A DNA stretch of 64,000 nucleotides from Bacillota bacterium (GTDB lineage: Bacteria > Bacillota > Sulfobacillia > JAJZYS01 > JAJYTV01): positions 22,515 to 86,514 of the forward strand of contig JAJYSJ010000011.1 of NCBI GenBank assembly GCA_021793645.1, written 5' to 3'. The translations under genes and the position numbers were made by a program. Of the stretch, positions 9,624-19,166 are shown one piece after another. The notes beneath the pieces were generated by a model. It was not told the DNA's origin and made no database searches. It saw only the letters and a list, made by a program, of their open reading frames with translations. How positions within the stretch are numbered: position 1 is the first letter of the stretch; each line of letters opens with the position of its first letter.

Positions 9624-11249
9624 CTACGAATCCCGCTCCCAGCCCCCGCCGCGCGACCGCAGCCTCCCGGCGAACAGGGCAACGTACAGCCGCGTCAGCG
9701 TCTCCGGGTCGTCAAGAGGCCGCCCGAGCAGGCGTTCGATGCGCGCCAGCCGCTGGCGAAGCGTGTTGCGATGGAGTCCGAGAGCCCTCGCAGTCTGGGC
9801 CTGGTTGCCACCGTTGCGCAAGAGCGTCCAGACGGTCTCGACCAGTGCGCCCCCCCGGGGCTCGCGCTCGAACCGTCCGAGCACGGCCTCCTGAAAGGAC
9901 CAGAGGTCAGATGCGCTCAGTTTGGAGAGCAGTCTCAGGAGGAGATGGTCTTCGTGAAACAACAACCTGTCGTCAGGTTCGGCGAGCGACAGCAGCTGTT
10001 CTGCCTCGTTGTAGCTGAGCGGGATGCCCGCCAGTCCTGCGTGCGCCTCCCCCACCGCGAGCAAAAGGCGCCCGCCGACGGCTGCTGCAGCGTTTCGGTA
10101 CAGCTGCTCGAGCCTTCGGCGGTCGTGCTCGCCGGGCGGCCACAGGAACACGACGCGGCTCAGCATGAGGGTTGTCAGCACCTTGATGCCCACGGATTGG
10201 CAGTGCGCTTCGATCACGCCGGCGAGCTGGCGCCGGAGCTCGAACTCGCGCCTGCTTGAGAGAGCGGGGCCTGCGAACTCGGGGCGCGCAATGACGATGC
10301 GGAAATGACCATCGGGATCCAAACCGTGCAGCCGCACCCTCTCGCGCGCCGCGCGGTCCTCTGGGGAGTACGCACTCGTCAGAAGCGCTTCGAGGAAGCT
10401 TGCGTGGATGCGGCGCTCCACTTCCGCGATCGCCTGCTGGCGCATGAGATGGAGGGCGATGACAGCTGCGGCGTGTTGGATGACCCGCGTTTCCAGTGCC
10501 CCGTGCATGCCTGTGGGCTTGCGCAGCAAAAGGTAGCCCGAACAGTCGCCTGCGACGTTCACCGGCATCAGAAGACCGTCCGCCGCACCGCTATCCAAGT
10601 GCAGCGGCAAATCCTGTACGCCAACATCTGCGATGGTCACAATCGCGTCCTCAACCCCTGCGGGCATCGCACCGCTGTCAGGGTTCTCTGACCCTGCACG
10701 CGCAAGCAGCGTATTATCGCTCTTGTAGATCGCGACCTCGAGGTGCAGCAGGTCGGCCAGCCGCTCCGCCAGCCCGGAAAGGTCCACCGCCTCGACCGCA
10801 GCCAGGGTGAGCGCGCGGTGGATCGCATCCGCGCGTTCCGTGACCTCGAAGTACTCCCCGACGATCGTTCGCTGCGCCGCCTCCGCAATGTCGGCGAAGC
10901 GAAGCTGAAACGGCGCTTCGAGCACCGGCAGATGCAACTCGTCCGCTGTGCTGCGCACGACGTCCGGTACCGACGCGAGGAAGCGGCCAGTCGCGAAGAG
11001 GACACCGGCCACTCCGCCGGCGACGATCTGCCGTACCGCCTCGCTCTGCTCCGTCGACGTTCGCGGCCAGCTGACGCCGCTCGTCAGCACTAGATCGCCC
11101 GTGCGCAGCCAGTGCGCGATATCGGGCTGCTCGACGACGTGTACCCACTGGAACTGGCGCTGGGCGGCCGTCTCACCGCCCGCAACGATCTGAAGCTCCG
11201 GAAAGAGGGTCAGGAGATCGCCGATACGCAAGTGGCAACCCTCCTCCAT
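9624..11249 (-). CDS. PucR-family transcriptional regulator
   Basis: N-terminal WVHVVEQPDIAHWLRTGDLVLTSG PucR domain; C-terminal HTH TARALGLHRNTLRQRLARIE. Confidence 0.92.
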   Translation of the reverse strand: MEEGCHLRIGDLLTLFPELQIVAGGETAAQRQFQWVHVVEQPDIAHWLRTGDLVLTSGVSWPRTSTEQSEAVRQIVAGGVAGVLFATGRFLASVPDVVRSTADELHLPVLEAPFQLRFADIAEAAQRTIVGEYFEVTERADAIHRALTLAAVEAVDLSGLAERLADLLHLEVAIYKSDNTLLARAGSENPDSGAMPAGVEDAIVTIADVGVQDLPLHLDSGAADGLLMPVNVAGDCSGYLLLRKPTGMHGALETRVIQHAAAVIALHLMRQQAIAEVERRIHASFLEALLTSAYSPEDRAARERVRLHGLDPDGHFRIVIARPEFAGPALSSRREFELRRQLAGVIEAHCQSVGIKVLTTLMLSRVVFLWPPGEHDRRRLEQLYRNAAAAVGGRLLLAVGEAHAGLAGIPLSYNEAEQLLSLAEPDDRLLFHEDHLLLRLLSKLSASDLWSFQEAVLGRFEREPRGGALVETVWTLLRNGGNQAQTARALGLHRNTLRQRLARIERLLGRPLDDPETLTRLYVALFAGRLRSRGGGWERDS

Positions 11250-11442
11250 TGCCTTGTCTGTTCAACGATCGTTCGGTCAATGCTGAACGGAGAGGGCGTA
11301 CTGAAGAGCGCGAAGTGATAAATCCCAAGGAAAGTGACGACGCGTGTCGCGACCATTCTAACTCATTCCACAATCCAATTGCTTCTTACCCAAAAGTGGC
11401 TCAACCCGACGTATTCTCCGAAGCGGTTCGGTCAATAGTAGT

Positions 11443-12882
11443 TCATGCAGTCGTAGATTCGGGCCATCTCGGCCTGCGTTTTCTCCAGTCGTGCCCCTGT
11501 TCGTAGCAGTGCGCTATATTAAGGATAAGAGACTCACGCCAATGCGGTCCTACAATTTGCATACCGATAGGCAAGCCGGCCGTTGTCCATCCACACGGCA
11601 CCGAGACAGCAGGATGACCGCTCTGGTCGAAAGGGCATACTAATCGGATCAGCGCGTCTGTTACTGACTCCCGTTTGCCATAAACGCTGGCATCGATGGT
11701 GTCCGCGCCGATGGAAGGCGCTACCGTCGGTAACGTCGGCACGACAAGCGCGTCGACTTGGGTGAAGGCCTGATCGATTCGCTCAACGACGCGTTGCCGT
11801 ACCCTCTGCGCGGACAGATAGTGCAACGATGGTAGTATACCGCCTGCCTCAAGAACGGAACGTATCTCCGGGCTATACAAATGCCCCTTCTCCCGGAGAA
11901 GCGGCCAGTGCCATGATGCTGCCTCCGCCATCACGATGGCATACTGAGCGACCATGCACTCGTCCAAGCCGGGTATGGAGACCTCGACAACCTCAATCCC
12001 TTGCCCCGCCAGGTCACTGATGGCCTGTTGCACGGCAACAGCAACCTCTTCGCTGATATCTTCAAAGAAGAACTGCTTGGGAACCCCTACGCGCAATCCT
12101 TTCACGGGTGTCTGTAGACCGTCGACGTAATTGGCAACATCAACCGGCGAGCTGTAATGGTCAAGCGGATCGTATCCCGCTATCGTCGACAATGTGATCG
12201 CAACATCCTCTACAGAACGGCCCAGCACACCCACATGGTCCAACGACGGACTGAGCGGAATCACGCCATGCAAACTTACCCTGCCGTACGTCGGCTTTAG
12301 ACCCACAATCCCACAGGCTGCGGCCGGAATACGCACCGATCCGCCGGTATCCGTGCCAATTCCAACGGTACATAGTCCCGCTGCGACAGCAGCCGCGGTG
12401 CCACCACTCGATCCTCCCGGTATCGCTCCCAAACTCCAGGGATTGTGGGTGGAACCGAAATGCGTGTTGTTCGTTGTCACTCCGTACGCGAACTCGTGAG
12501 TTGCCTGCTTGCCAAGAACCACGCCATCCGCCTTACGCAGTTCGACGACGGCAGTAGCGTCAATTTCCGGAACAAACTCTTCCAGAACTCTTGATCCAGC
12601 CGTGGTCCGGATACCTTTTGTATAAAAAAGGTCCTTTACTCCAACGGGGACGCCGAAGAGCGACCCGGAGGCCTCTCCTCGTTCTAACCGATCTAAGCGA
12701 CGCGCAGTCTCAAGTGCCCCTTCCGCGCACACTGTTATATATGTGTTCAACGAAGGATCGATCTGCGAAATCCTCTGCAAAATAGACTTTGTCACTTCGT
12801 GAACCGACACAGCTCGGCGAGCATAAAGAGACTTCAATTCTGGAATCGACGCATAAGCAATATCAATTTCCTTCACTGTCAT
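11443..12882 (-). CDS. Amidase signature enzyme (GatA/AtzE-like)
   Basis: GVKD, GGSSGG and GTDTGGSVRIPAA catalytic triad motifs. Confidence 0.93.
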   Translation of the reverse strand: MTVKEIDIAYASIPELKSLYARRAVSVHEVTKSILQRISQIDPSLNTYITVCAEGALETARRLDRLERGEASGSLFGVPVGVKDLFYTKGIRTTAGSRVLEEFVPEIDATAVVELRKADGVVLGKQATHEFAYGVTTNNTHFGSTHNPWSLGAIPGGSSGGTAAAVAAGLCTVGIGTDTGGSVRIPAAACGIVGLKPTYGRVSLHGVIPLSPSLDHVGVLGRSVEDVAITLSTIAGYDPLDHYSSPVDVANYVDGLQTPVKGLRVGVPKQFFFEDISEEVAVAVQQAISDLAGQGIEVVEVSIPGLDECMVAQYAIVMAEAASWHWPLLREKGHLYSPEIRSVLEAGGILPSLHYLSAQRVRQRVVERIDQAFTQVDALVVPTLPTVAPSIGADTIDASVYGKRESVTDALIRLVCPFDQSGHPAVSVPCGWTTAGLPIGMQIVGPHWRESLILNIAHCYEQGHDWRKRRPRWPESTTA

Positions 12883-13099
12883 CAGCCTTTCCGCGAGATA
12901 ATACGAGGCAGGCGTTGCGGATCGGCCAGGAGAAGGTTACAGCAAACTGCGCCGGTTCTAATGCAGATACGGGAACCTGGGCCATGCCATTCGCAATCCA
13001 CTCCAGTGTTGAAGCGATCTCCTTCGATGACCGCTCATCCACTTCGTACCCATCAAGCATCTGCAAGAAGACATCCTGGATCAGTGTCCCACCGCGCAA
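12863..13099 (-). CDS. Small protein overlapping the amidase start; possible GatC/AtzG-like partner subunit
   Basis: TTG start after AAGGGGGAG; about 78 aa with a helical core and an ALEPAQFAVTF-type tail; overlaps the amidase start by 20 nt. Confidence 0.5.
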   Translation of the reverse strand: MRGGTLIQDVFLQMLDGYEVDERSSKEIASTLEWIANGMAQVPVSALEPAQFAVTFSWPIRNACLVLSRGKADDSEGN

Positions 13100-13128
13100 G
13101 AACCGCTCCCCCTTGTCAAGGTAAAACT

Positions 13129-13827
13129 TCAAATCGACAAGTGCTTTTCAAGTCTTGCCACGGCGACACCTTCTATAGCGCCCGTTTCGACCATTGTGCC
13201 TCTATGCATCACCACGTAACTGTCGCCAACCGCCATGGCGAATGCAAGATTCTGCTCCGCAAGAAAGATTCCTACACCGTTCTGTTTCAGTCGAGTAATC
13301 AGCTCCGTAATGAGATACACTATCGAAGGCTGCAAGCCTTCGGAGATCTCGTCGATGATCATCACCCGAGGATGGCGCACAAGCGCTCGCGCGAATACTA
13401 GCATCTTTTTTTCGCCACCGCTGAGTGTACCCGCCTTCTGCGAAAGGCGCTGTTCCAAAATAGGGAACGCCGCAAATGCTTCATCGAGAACATTCCTTGC
13501 TTGGGCTTCTGACGCTTTAAGGCCGAGTGTCAAGTTGTCTTTGACCGACAGGTCCGCGAAGACCGCCGATTCTTGAGGCGCGTATGCCACTTGCCGTGCA
13601 GCGATTTCGTAGGGCCTTTTGGTGGAGATATCCTGCCCGAACAAACGTGTAATGCCGGATCGCCTCGGTACAACACCCATAATTGTTTTGAGTAACGTCG
13701 TCTTGCCGACACCGTTTCGACCTAGGAGACATGTAACACTACCGGCATCGACATGAATGTTCATGTTACGCACAACAACCGTTTCTCCGTAGCCGGAAGT
13801 AACTCCATCCGCTTCAAGAGCTATCAT
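13129..13827 (-). CDS. ABC transporter ATP-binding protein (UrtE/LivF-like)
   Basis: GRNGVGKT, LSGGE, DEISEGLQP. Confidence 0.92.
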   Translation of the reverse strand: MIALEADGVTSGYGETVVVRNMNIHVDAGSVTCLLGRNGVGKTTLLKTIMGVVPRRSGITRLFGQDISTKRPYEIAARQVAYAPQESAVFADLSVKDNLTLGLKASEAQARNVLDEAFAAFPILEQRLSQKAGTLSGGEKKMLVFARALVRHPRVMIIDEISEGLQPSIVYLITELITRLKQNGVGIFLAEQNLAFAMAVGDSYVVMHRGTMVETGAIEGVAVARLEKHLSI

Positions 13828-15566
13828 GCCTGAACTCCTCCCAAGTAGACGCTTCGAACGACTTCGTTGTCCTCCATCTCGGAGACTGATCCACTTGCAG
13901 CGACGATGCCGTCATGCAGGAGGGTGATCTCGTCCGCAATGGACTTCACGAACTCGATGTCGTGTTCAATCATCATGATGCTCACTTGACTTGTCTCGCA
14001 GAGCCGCCGCAGCAACTCGCCAATGTCCCGGCGCTCTACCACTGTCAGTCCCGCAGTGGGTTCGTCCAGCAACAACACATCCGGCTGTGTTGCCAGCACC
14101 ATAAACAATTCCAAGACCTTTCGTTCCCCGTGAGACAGAAGCTGGGCCTGTTTGTTCAGTTTTTCTGAGATTTGGCTATGATTCAAGGCCTCTTCAACAA
14201 AAATGGGCAGCGCCACATCGTGCGTCCGGCGTACCAACGAGGGAAGCCGTCCCCTCCACGCTGCCAGTTGAAGATTCTGTGCCACGGATAGTGACTCAAC
14301 CACGTTCGCAGTCTGGAATGTACGAGCCACTCCACGCCGCACGATTCTCTCCGGCTGTTCGCGCGAAACCACGGACCCCTCGACGACCACTTCTCCTGCG
14401 GACGGTCGGACTCGCCCTGTTATTGCATCGACGAGCGTCGATTTGCCGGCACCATTCGGCCCAATAAGACTGCGCAACTGCTTCGGACGTAGCTCGAAGG
14501 AAATCTCCCGCAGTACTCGGAGGGCTCCGTGGGAAACTTGCAGTTTGCGGACCGACAGGGGTACGGAAACGCGCTCGGCGTCCTTACGGGGAGCTATTAG
14601 GGCAGTGATCCGGCTGATGTCCAAGGTTTGGCCCTTGGCCCACGGAAACAGGGAGTAGAGTCCGTTTGGCACCAGCAGAACTACAATGATAAATACCAAC
14701 CCAATAGCAATGCCCCACACGAACGGCAATACCCCTTGCACTACAGGGGCAAGAATATTGACGAGGAGCGCACCCACAACTGCTCCAATCAGCTTTCCAC
14801 GCCCGCCGATGGCAACCCAAATGACGGCCTGAGTAGCTAAGGAGAAACCAATAGCGTTAGGCGACACGAACCCTTGATATGGCGCATACATTACTCCCGC
14901 CACACCCGCGATCAAAGCGGATAGGGTAAGCGCAATGGTCTTTATAGCTGGCGCGTTATACCCAAGGAACGACATGCGTTCCTCGTTGTCGCGAACAGCA
15001 ACAACTACCTTGCCGAAGTCACTTCGAGTGAATATGTAGGCAGCTGCTAACGTGAGACCGGCCACACCTAGCACGATGTAATAGTTCCCCATCGGCCCAA
15101 GCGCAAAACCCGGAACGCCCGGCAACCCATTCGCGCCTCCTGTGATGCTGGCAGCCTGAAGAACGACCTCGCTCGCAAGAACGGCCAAGGCGAGGGTGAC
15201 CACGGACACGTAGAACTGGGAACTGCGAGTAAAGAAGAGAATCCACCCAATGAGAAGGGCAGCGACTGCAGGCAGAAGTACCCCCAATCCGATAGCCACA
15301 ATCGTGTGCAGGACTCCATGCCCCGCTAGTAGCACGATCGATACCGTGTATCCTCCAAGTCCAAAGAACACACTTTGGCCTAATGACAGAATTCCTGTGT
15401 AACCCCACGCGATATCAAGACTCACCGCAAGAAGCATGTAAATGACGGCGACACCGACGAGTGACGTTACATACGCGCCCAGGAAAGGTGGAACGACAAT
15501 TAGTAGTATGAACACAATTACCAGGTCCCTGGCAACGACGCGATTCAAAAGGTTACGGACAAACAT
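13824..15566 (-). CDS. Fused ABC permease (UrtC/LivM-like) and ATP-binding domain (UrtD/LivG-like)
   Basis: N-terminal WGYTGILSLGQSVFFGLGGY and RDNEERM; C-terminal GPNGAGKS, LSHGE, LLDEPTAG, IEHD, all in one ORF. Confidence 0.9.
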   Translation of the reverse strand: MFVRNLLNRVVARDLVIVFILLIVVPPFLGAYVTSLVGVAVIYMLLAVSLDIAWGYTGILSLGQSVFFGLGGYTVSIVLLAGHGVLHTIVAIGLGVLLPAVAALLIGWILFFTRSSQFYVSVVTLALAVLASEVVLQAASITGGANGLPGVPGFALGPMGNYYIVLGVAGLTLAAAYIFTRSDFGKVVVAVRDNEERMSFLGYNAPAIKTIALTLSALIAGVAGVMYAPYQGFVSPNAIGFSLATQAVIWVAIGGRGKLIGAVVGALLVNILAPVVQGVLPFVWGIAIGLVFIIVVLLVPNGLYSLFPWAKGQTLDISRITALIAPRKDAERVSVPLSVRKLQVSHGALRVLREISFELRPKQLRSLIGPNGAGKSTLVDAITGRVRPSAGEVVVEGSVVSREQPERIVRRGVARTFQTANVVESLSVAQNLQLAAWRGRLPSLVRRTHDVALPIFVEEALNHSQISEKLNKQAQLLSHGERKVLELFMVLATQPDVLLLDEPTAGLTVVERRDIGELLRRLCETSQVSIMMIEHDIEFVKSIADEITLLHDGIVAASGSVSEMEDNEVVRSVYLGGVQA

Positions 15567-15617
15567 ATTTTCAACCTGCCTTTACCACGGTCGTCGCAGC
15601 ACGAGGCTCCGTCGGAC

Positions 15618-16460
15618 CTAACGCATCTGCGATTGACGCAACCGCATGAGGGTGACGCTGATAAGAATGACAACAACGTACCCAAGGACAGGATTCCACA
15701 CGAAAGACGCGATACTCTCGCTGCCCCCTAGGACAGATGCTCCTAAGGCGACGGACGGAATCGCGGCGGCTCCTCCAACGAGCACGGCAAGGAACGCTCG
15801 AATGACATAGTCGAGCCCCATCACCGGCGTCACTGTAACGAGCGGAGCGATGACGGCGCCCGCAATTCCAGCCAGCATGCTCCCAACGACAAAGGTGAGT
15901 TGGTACACGCGGTTCACGTTGATCCCCGTCGCTGCGGCCGCTGTTTCCGGGGACTCGATGACCGCTCGAACGACTGCACCAAGTTGAGTTTTGCGGTCAA
16001 GCCATAAAAGCGCCAGCAGAAGAACGATGGCAAACACAATGATAAGAACTTCATAGAGTGGGTAAGTGATCCCGAAGGCTGAGACTACCTGATTTACAGG
16101 TGAAGAGACGTAACGCGGCATCGAACCGAACGCAGTGATCACCAACTGCTGCAGAAGCATTGACAACCCCCACGTCGCCAAAATGGACTCCATGATCTTG
16201 CCGTAGAGGCGACGCATTAGTACCCGTTCAATGCCCAACCCTACAATTGCCGTTACAATAGGGGCGGCAATATACGATAGCCACGGCGAGAGATTGAAGA
16301 CGCCTATGAAATATGCAGTGTATGCACCCAGCATAATGAACTCTCCGTGAGCGAGATTGACTATGCCCATGAGTCGGAACACGACAAACAAACCGCTTGC
16401 GGTCAAGAACAGTATTGCCGCAGCAAGTAGCACGTTCAGAAGTACTTCGCCGAAGATTAT
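15618..16460 (-). CDS. ABC permease (UrtB/LivH-like)
   Basis: NLAHGEFIMLGAY, ILATWGLS; start uncertain (ATA at 16460 or GTG at 16433). Confidence 0.88.
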   Translation of the reverse strand: MIFGEVLLNVLLAAAILFLTASGLFVVFRLMGIVNLAHGEFIMLGAYTAYFIGVFNLSPWLSYIAAPIVTAIVGLGIERVLMRRLYGKIMESILATWGLSMLLQQLVITAFGSMPRYVSSPVNQVVSAFGITYPLYEVLIIVFAIVLLLALLWLDRKTQLGAVVRAVIESPETAAAATGINVNRVYQLTFVVGSMLAGIAGAVIAPLVTVTPVMGLDYVIRAFLAVLVGGAAAIPSVALGASVLGGSESIASFVWNPVLGYVVVILISVTLMRLRQSQMR

Positions 16461-16560
16461 GCGAGCCGCCCCCTAAACCAATACTCTTCTGCAACCTCAC
16501 GGCCGGTGGCGGATCATGGCAGTTGCCGTGATCCGCCAGCGATACCGTGTCGATCAGCGT

Positions 16561-17754
16561 CTACTGAGGACCGGGTTGGACGTCTCCGAACGTGTGGATG
16601 ATTTTTTCCGTCCCGCCTGGCTCGAATTGCGCCAGGTAGATCGTCAGCGGCATGCCGTGGGTGCTCGACTGGTAGCGCAGCAGACCACGGGGGCTGTCGA
16701 AGGAGACCTTCGTCATCATCGCCTGGACTTTGTTGAAGTTGAGTGACTTTGCCGCGTTTGCAGCCTTGGCCCAAAGCATGATCGAGTCGTAAACAGGAAT
16801 GATGTTGAAGCTAGGAGGCGGAGCTTGAGGGAACATCTTGTTGTAGGCCTTTAGGTACTTCGTGTTCGCCGCGGACTGTACCGCCGGAAAGTAACCGGCC
16901 GGCTCCAAACTACCAACACCTGCCTGGCCCATCGCCTGAAGGGTACCGTTGTCGATCGCCAACATGACAACCTTCGTGTGGTGTTCGAGACCAAGCGCGT
17001 AGAACTGCTTCATAAAGGCAATCGCGTCGGTCCCGATCAGTTCCATGGATAGGAAATTGGGCCGTGCCGCCTGGATCTGGGTCAATACCGACGAGAAGTT
17101 AGACGTTCCCAACGGAACGTAGGAAGTGCCGACGACACTCCCTCCGGCCTTTTGCACCGTCGCCTTCACAACTGCGCTAGTCTTCGTGGGCCAGACGTAG
17201 TCGTCGCCGACGATGAACCACTTCTTCCCGTGGTACTTCTGCATGATGTAGGGGTAGACGGGAATGACCTGCTGTTGCGGCACCTCACCGTCGATGTACA
17301 TGTTCGGCAGATAGGCTCCACCCTCGTACAGCGTGTCGTAGAAGAAGAGAACCTTCTGGTTCTTAACCACTGACTCCACAGCATTCCGTACGGCACTGGT
17401 GTCACACATGAACAGAGCCGGGACGTTGACCTGTTCGATCAACTGCTTGGCTGCGATGCTTGCGGTGTTCGGGTCGGTTGCCGAGTCTTTGATCACCAGT
17501 TGCAGTTTGCGACCCATTACTCCGCCCGACGCATTGATTTGGGAGACTGCGAGCTTCGCCTGCTCCTCTTCCTGCGGGCCGTACGGTGCTCCGGGGCCGC
17601 TAAAGGCTCCAATGTAACCAATCTGAATCGGTGCATTCTTCTGAGAGGCGCTAGAAGGCGCCTGCGATCCGCATCCGGCAAGCAGGCTGAGAGCAATGAT
17701 CCCAGTCGCCGCGATGCCGGCAAGGTTCTTGCTGTGCCCCGTGGACATCAACAC
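16561..17754 (-). CDS. Amide/urea-type ABC substrate-binding lipoprotein (UrtA/AmiC-like)
   Basis: Lipobox LLAG-C; INASGGVMGRKL, YDTLYEG and VGDDYVWP typical of the AmiC/UrtA family. Confidence 0.88.
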   Translation of the reverse strand: MLMSTGHSKNLAGIAATGIIALSLLAGCGSQAPSSASQKNAPIQIGYIGAFSGPGAPYGPQEEEQAKLAVSQINASGGVMGRKLQLVIKDSATDPNTASIAAKQLIEQVNVPALFMCDTSAVRNAVESVVKNQKVLFFYDTLYEGGAYLPNMYIDGEVPQQQVIPVYPYIMQKYHGKKWFIVGDDYVWPTKTSAVVKATVQKAGGSVVGTSYVPLGTSNFSSVLTQIQAARPNFLSMELIGTDAIAFMKQFYALGLEHHTKVVMLAIDNGTLQAMGQAGVGSLEPAGYFPAVQSAANTKYLKAYNKMFPQAPPPSFNIIPVYDSIMLWAKAANAAKSLNFNKVQAMMTKVSFDSPRGLLRYQSSTHGMPLTIYLAQFEPGGTEKIIHTFGDVQPGPQ

Positions 17755-17894
17755 TTCACTCCTCGCGTCACGTTTGTCTCCCCCGACCGCGCTGGAAACA
17801 CAGGTCAGTCACACTCCCCTTTTCCTCAAAGACTCCAGTGTAGTGACGTAATTCTCGCACTGCGAGTGCTTGCCTATATGCAGCTAGCACAAGT

Positions 17895-17911
17895 TGCAAG
17901 TAGTAGACCAG
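17895..17911 (-). promoter_or_regulatory. Candidate sigma54 (-24/-12) promoter for the ABC-amidase operon
   Basis: Minus strand CTGGTCTACTACTTGCA has GG-N10-GC spacing, about 140 bp upstream of the SBP start. Confidence 0.4.
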
Positions 17912-18244
17912 TGCTGTCTGAATGCACTCGGACAACGCGGTAGTCGACCTCCCTGACTGCTCCCGGGTTGGAGGCCTGACGCAGCACCCATTCGAACGGG
18001 TGTTGGGACGCCGTACAAACTACCGTCGTATCACGTAGCCCATCGCACGTTGTGTTCGTCGAGCGCTTGTCCCAAAGGCGGAGGAAGGTCTTGACGACAT
18101 GTCGCACGGCCGCGTGAAGTGCTGCGCTGGTCGATGCCGGGCTTGGAAGCCTTCGGCGCGAAGGGCTCTACCATTCGAAACAGGTATGATGTTCCCGCAC
18201 AGAACCGCTGATACAGCAGTAGGTCGGAGTCCGGCGGCCGACTG

Positions 18245-18898
18245 CTAGCCGTTCCTACGTGCGCTACCAAGTCCCCTGAGGTAGTCGGGCACCGGTATGC
18301 CCGGTCGGATCTCAGGGTCCGGAGTCGGCGCTGAAGTCTCCAGATGCAAAGGCACAACACCCGCCCACACGTCTAGCGCATGGTCCGCTTCAGAGTCTTT
18401 GGGCGGACCTGTACGAATCTTCGCCGATGACTCTCCGATCGCAAGGCGAAGCACCCTGGTCGACGCAAGTTCGGTTCCGGTCGGTGGGCGAGCGTCCTTG
18501 GAACGACCGGGCACCACATGCTCGACAAGCGCCTCGAGAGCCATACGCTTTTCCGTCTCATCTGTGACCTCTCGCGCGACGCCGAACACAACTACCGAGC
18601 GGTAGTTCATCGAATGGTGATACACCGAACGCGCCAAGACAAGCCCGTCGAGGATGGTGGCGGTTAAGCAGATCGGCGCATCGCTGGCAGCATTGAGCAT
18701 CGCGGAAGCTGCAGCCCCGTGTAGGTAGAGCACGTCGCCGACGCGTGCGTGAGTTGTGGGCAGGACCACCGACTGTCCGCGGGACGCGAATCCCACGTGG
18801 CAATAGTAGGCCTCATCGAGGATTTGGTGGATCGTCTCGGCGGAGTAGTCCCCGCGCTCGGGATGGCGCCGTACTCGGACGCGGTCATTAGCCTCCAT
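18245..18898 (-). CDS. Pyridoxamine 5'-phosphate oxidase-like flavin-binding protein
   Basis: RRHPERGDY, CHVGF, LYLHG, DGLVLARSVYHHSMNYRSVVVFG, SAKIRTGPP. Confidence 0.9.
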   Translation of the reverse strand: MEANDRVRVRRHPERGDYSAETIHQILDEAYYCHVGFASRGQSVVLPTTHARVGDVLYLHGAAASAMLNAASDAPICLTATILDGLVLARSVYHHSMNYRSVVVFGVAREVTDETEKRMALEALVEHVVPGRSKDARPPTGTELASTRVLRLAIGESSAKIRTGPPKDSEADHALDVWAGVVPLHLETSAPTPDPEIRPGIPVPDYLRGLGSARRNG

Positions 18899-19166
18899 CA
18901 GCGGCTTCCCCTCTCAACCATTCAGGTCGGTAAGCCTAGCAATCAACCTTCATGACTTTACTTCTCCATGACGTGGACACCTATCCTATGTCTATTCCGC
19001 ACACAAGCATGCACTACGGACCATTCTCCATGTACACAGGGCTGCGCCTTTGGCGAGGGAACTTTAGATCGCGAACATCAGACAGCCGACCACCAGTAGG
19101 CGGTGGTGCACCGAGAACCGGCTCCAAGGGCTTGTATCCCGCCGCGCGCGCTAAGGAGGAACCGCG

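Noticed and set aside
11443-12882. Amidase as the housekeeping gatA
   Set aside because: No gatB is adjacent, and the context is an amide-type ABC transporter in a compositionally distinct segment
17830-17895. ANTAR twin-hairpin leader upstream of the AmiC-like binding protein
   Set aside because: Only one small inverted repeat (CTCGCA-c-TGCGAG) is evident, with no second matching hairpin, terminator or ANTAR protein in the window
17940-18245. Short ORFs and possible RNA between the binding-protein gene and the PNPOx-like gene
   Set aside because: No recognisable motif, RBS or conserved structure
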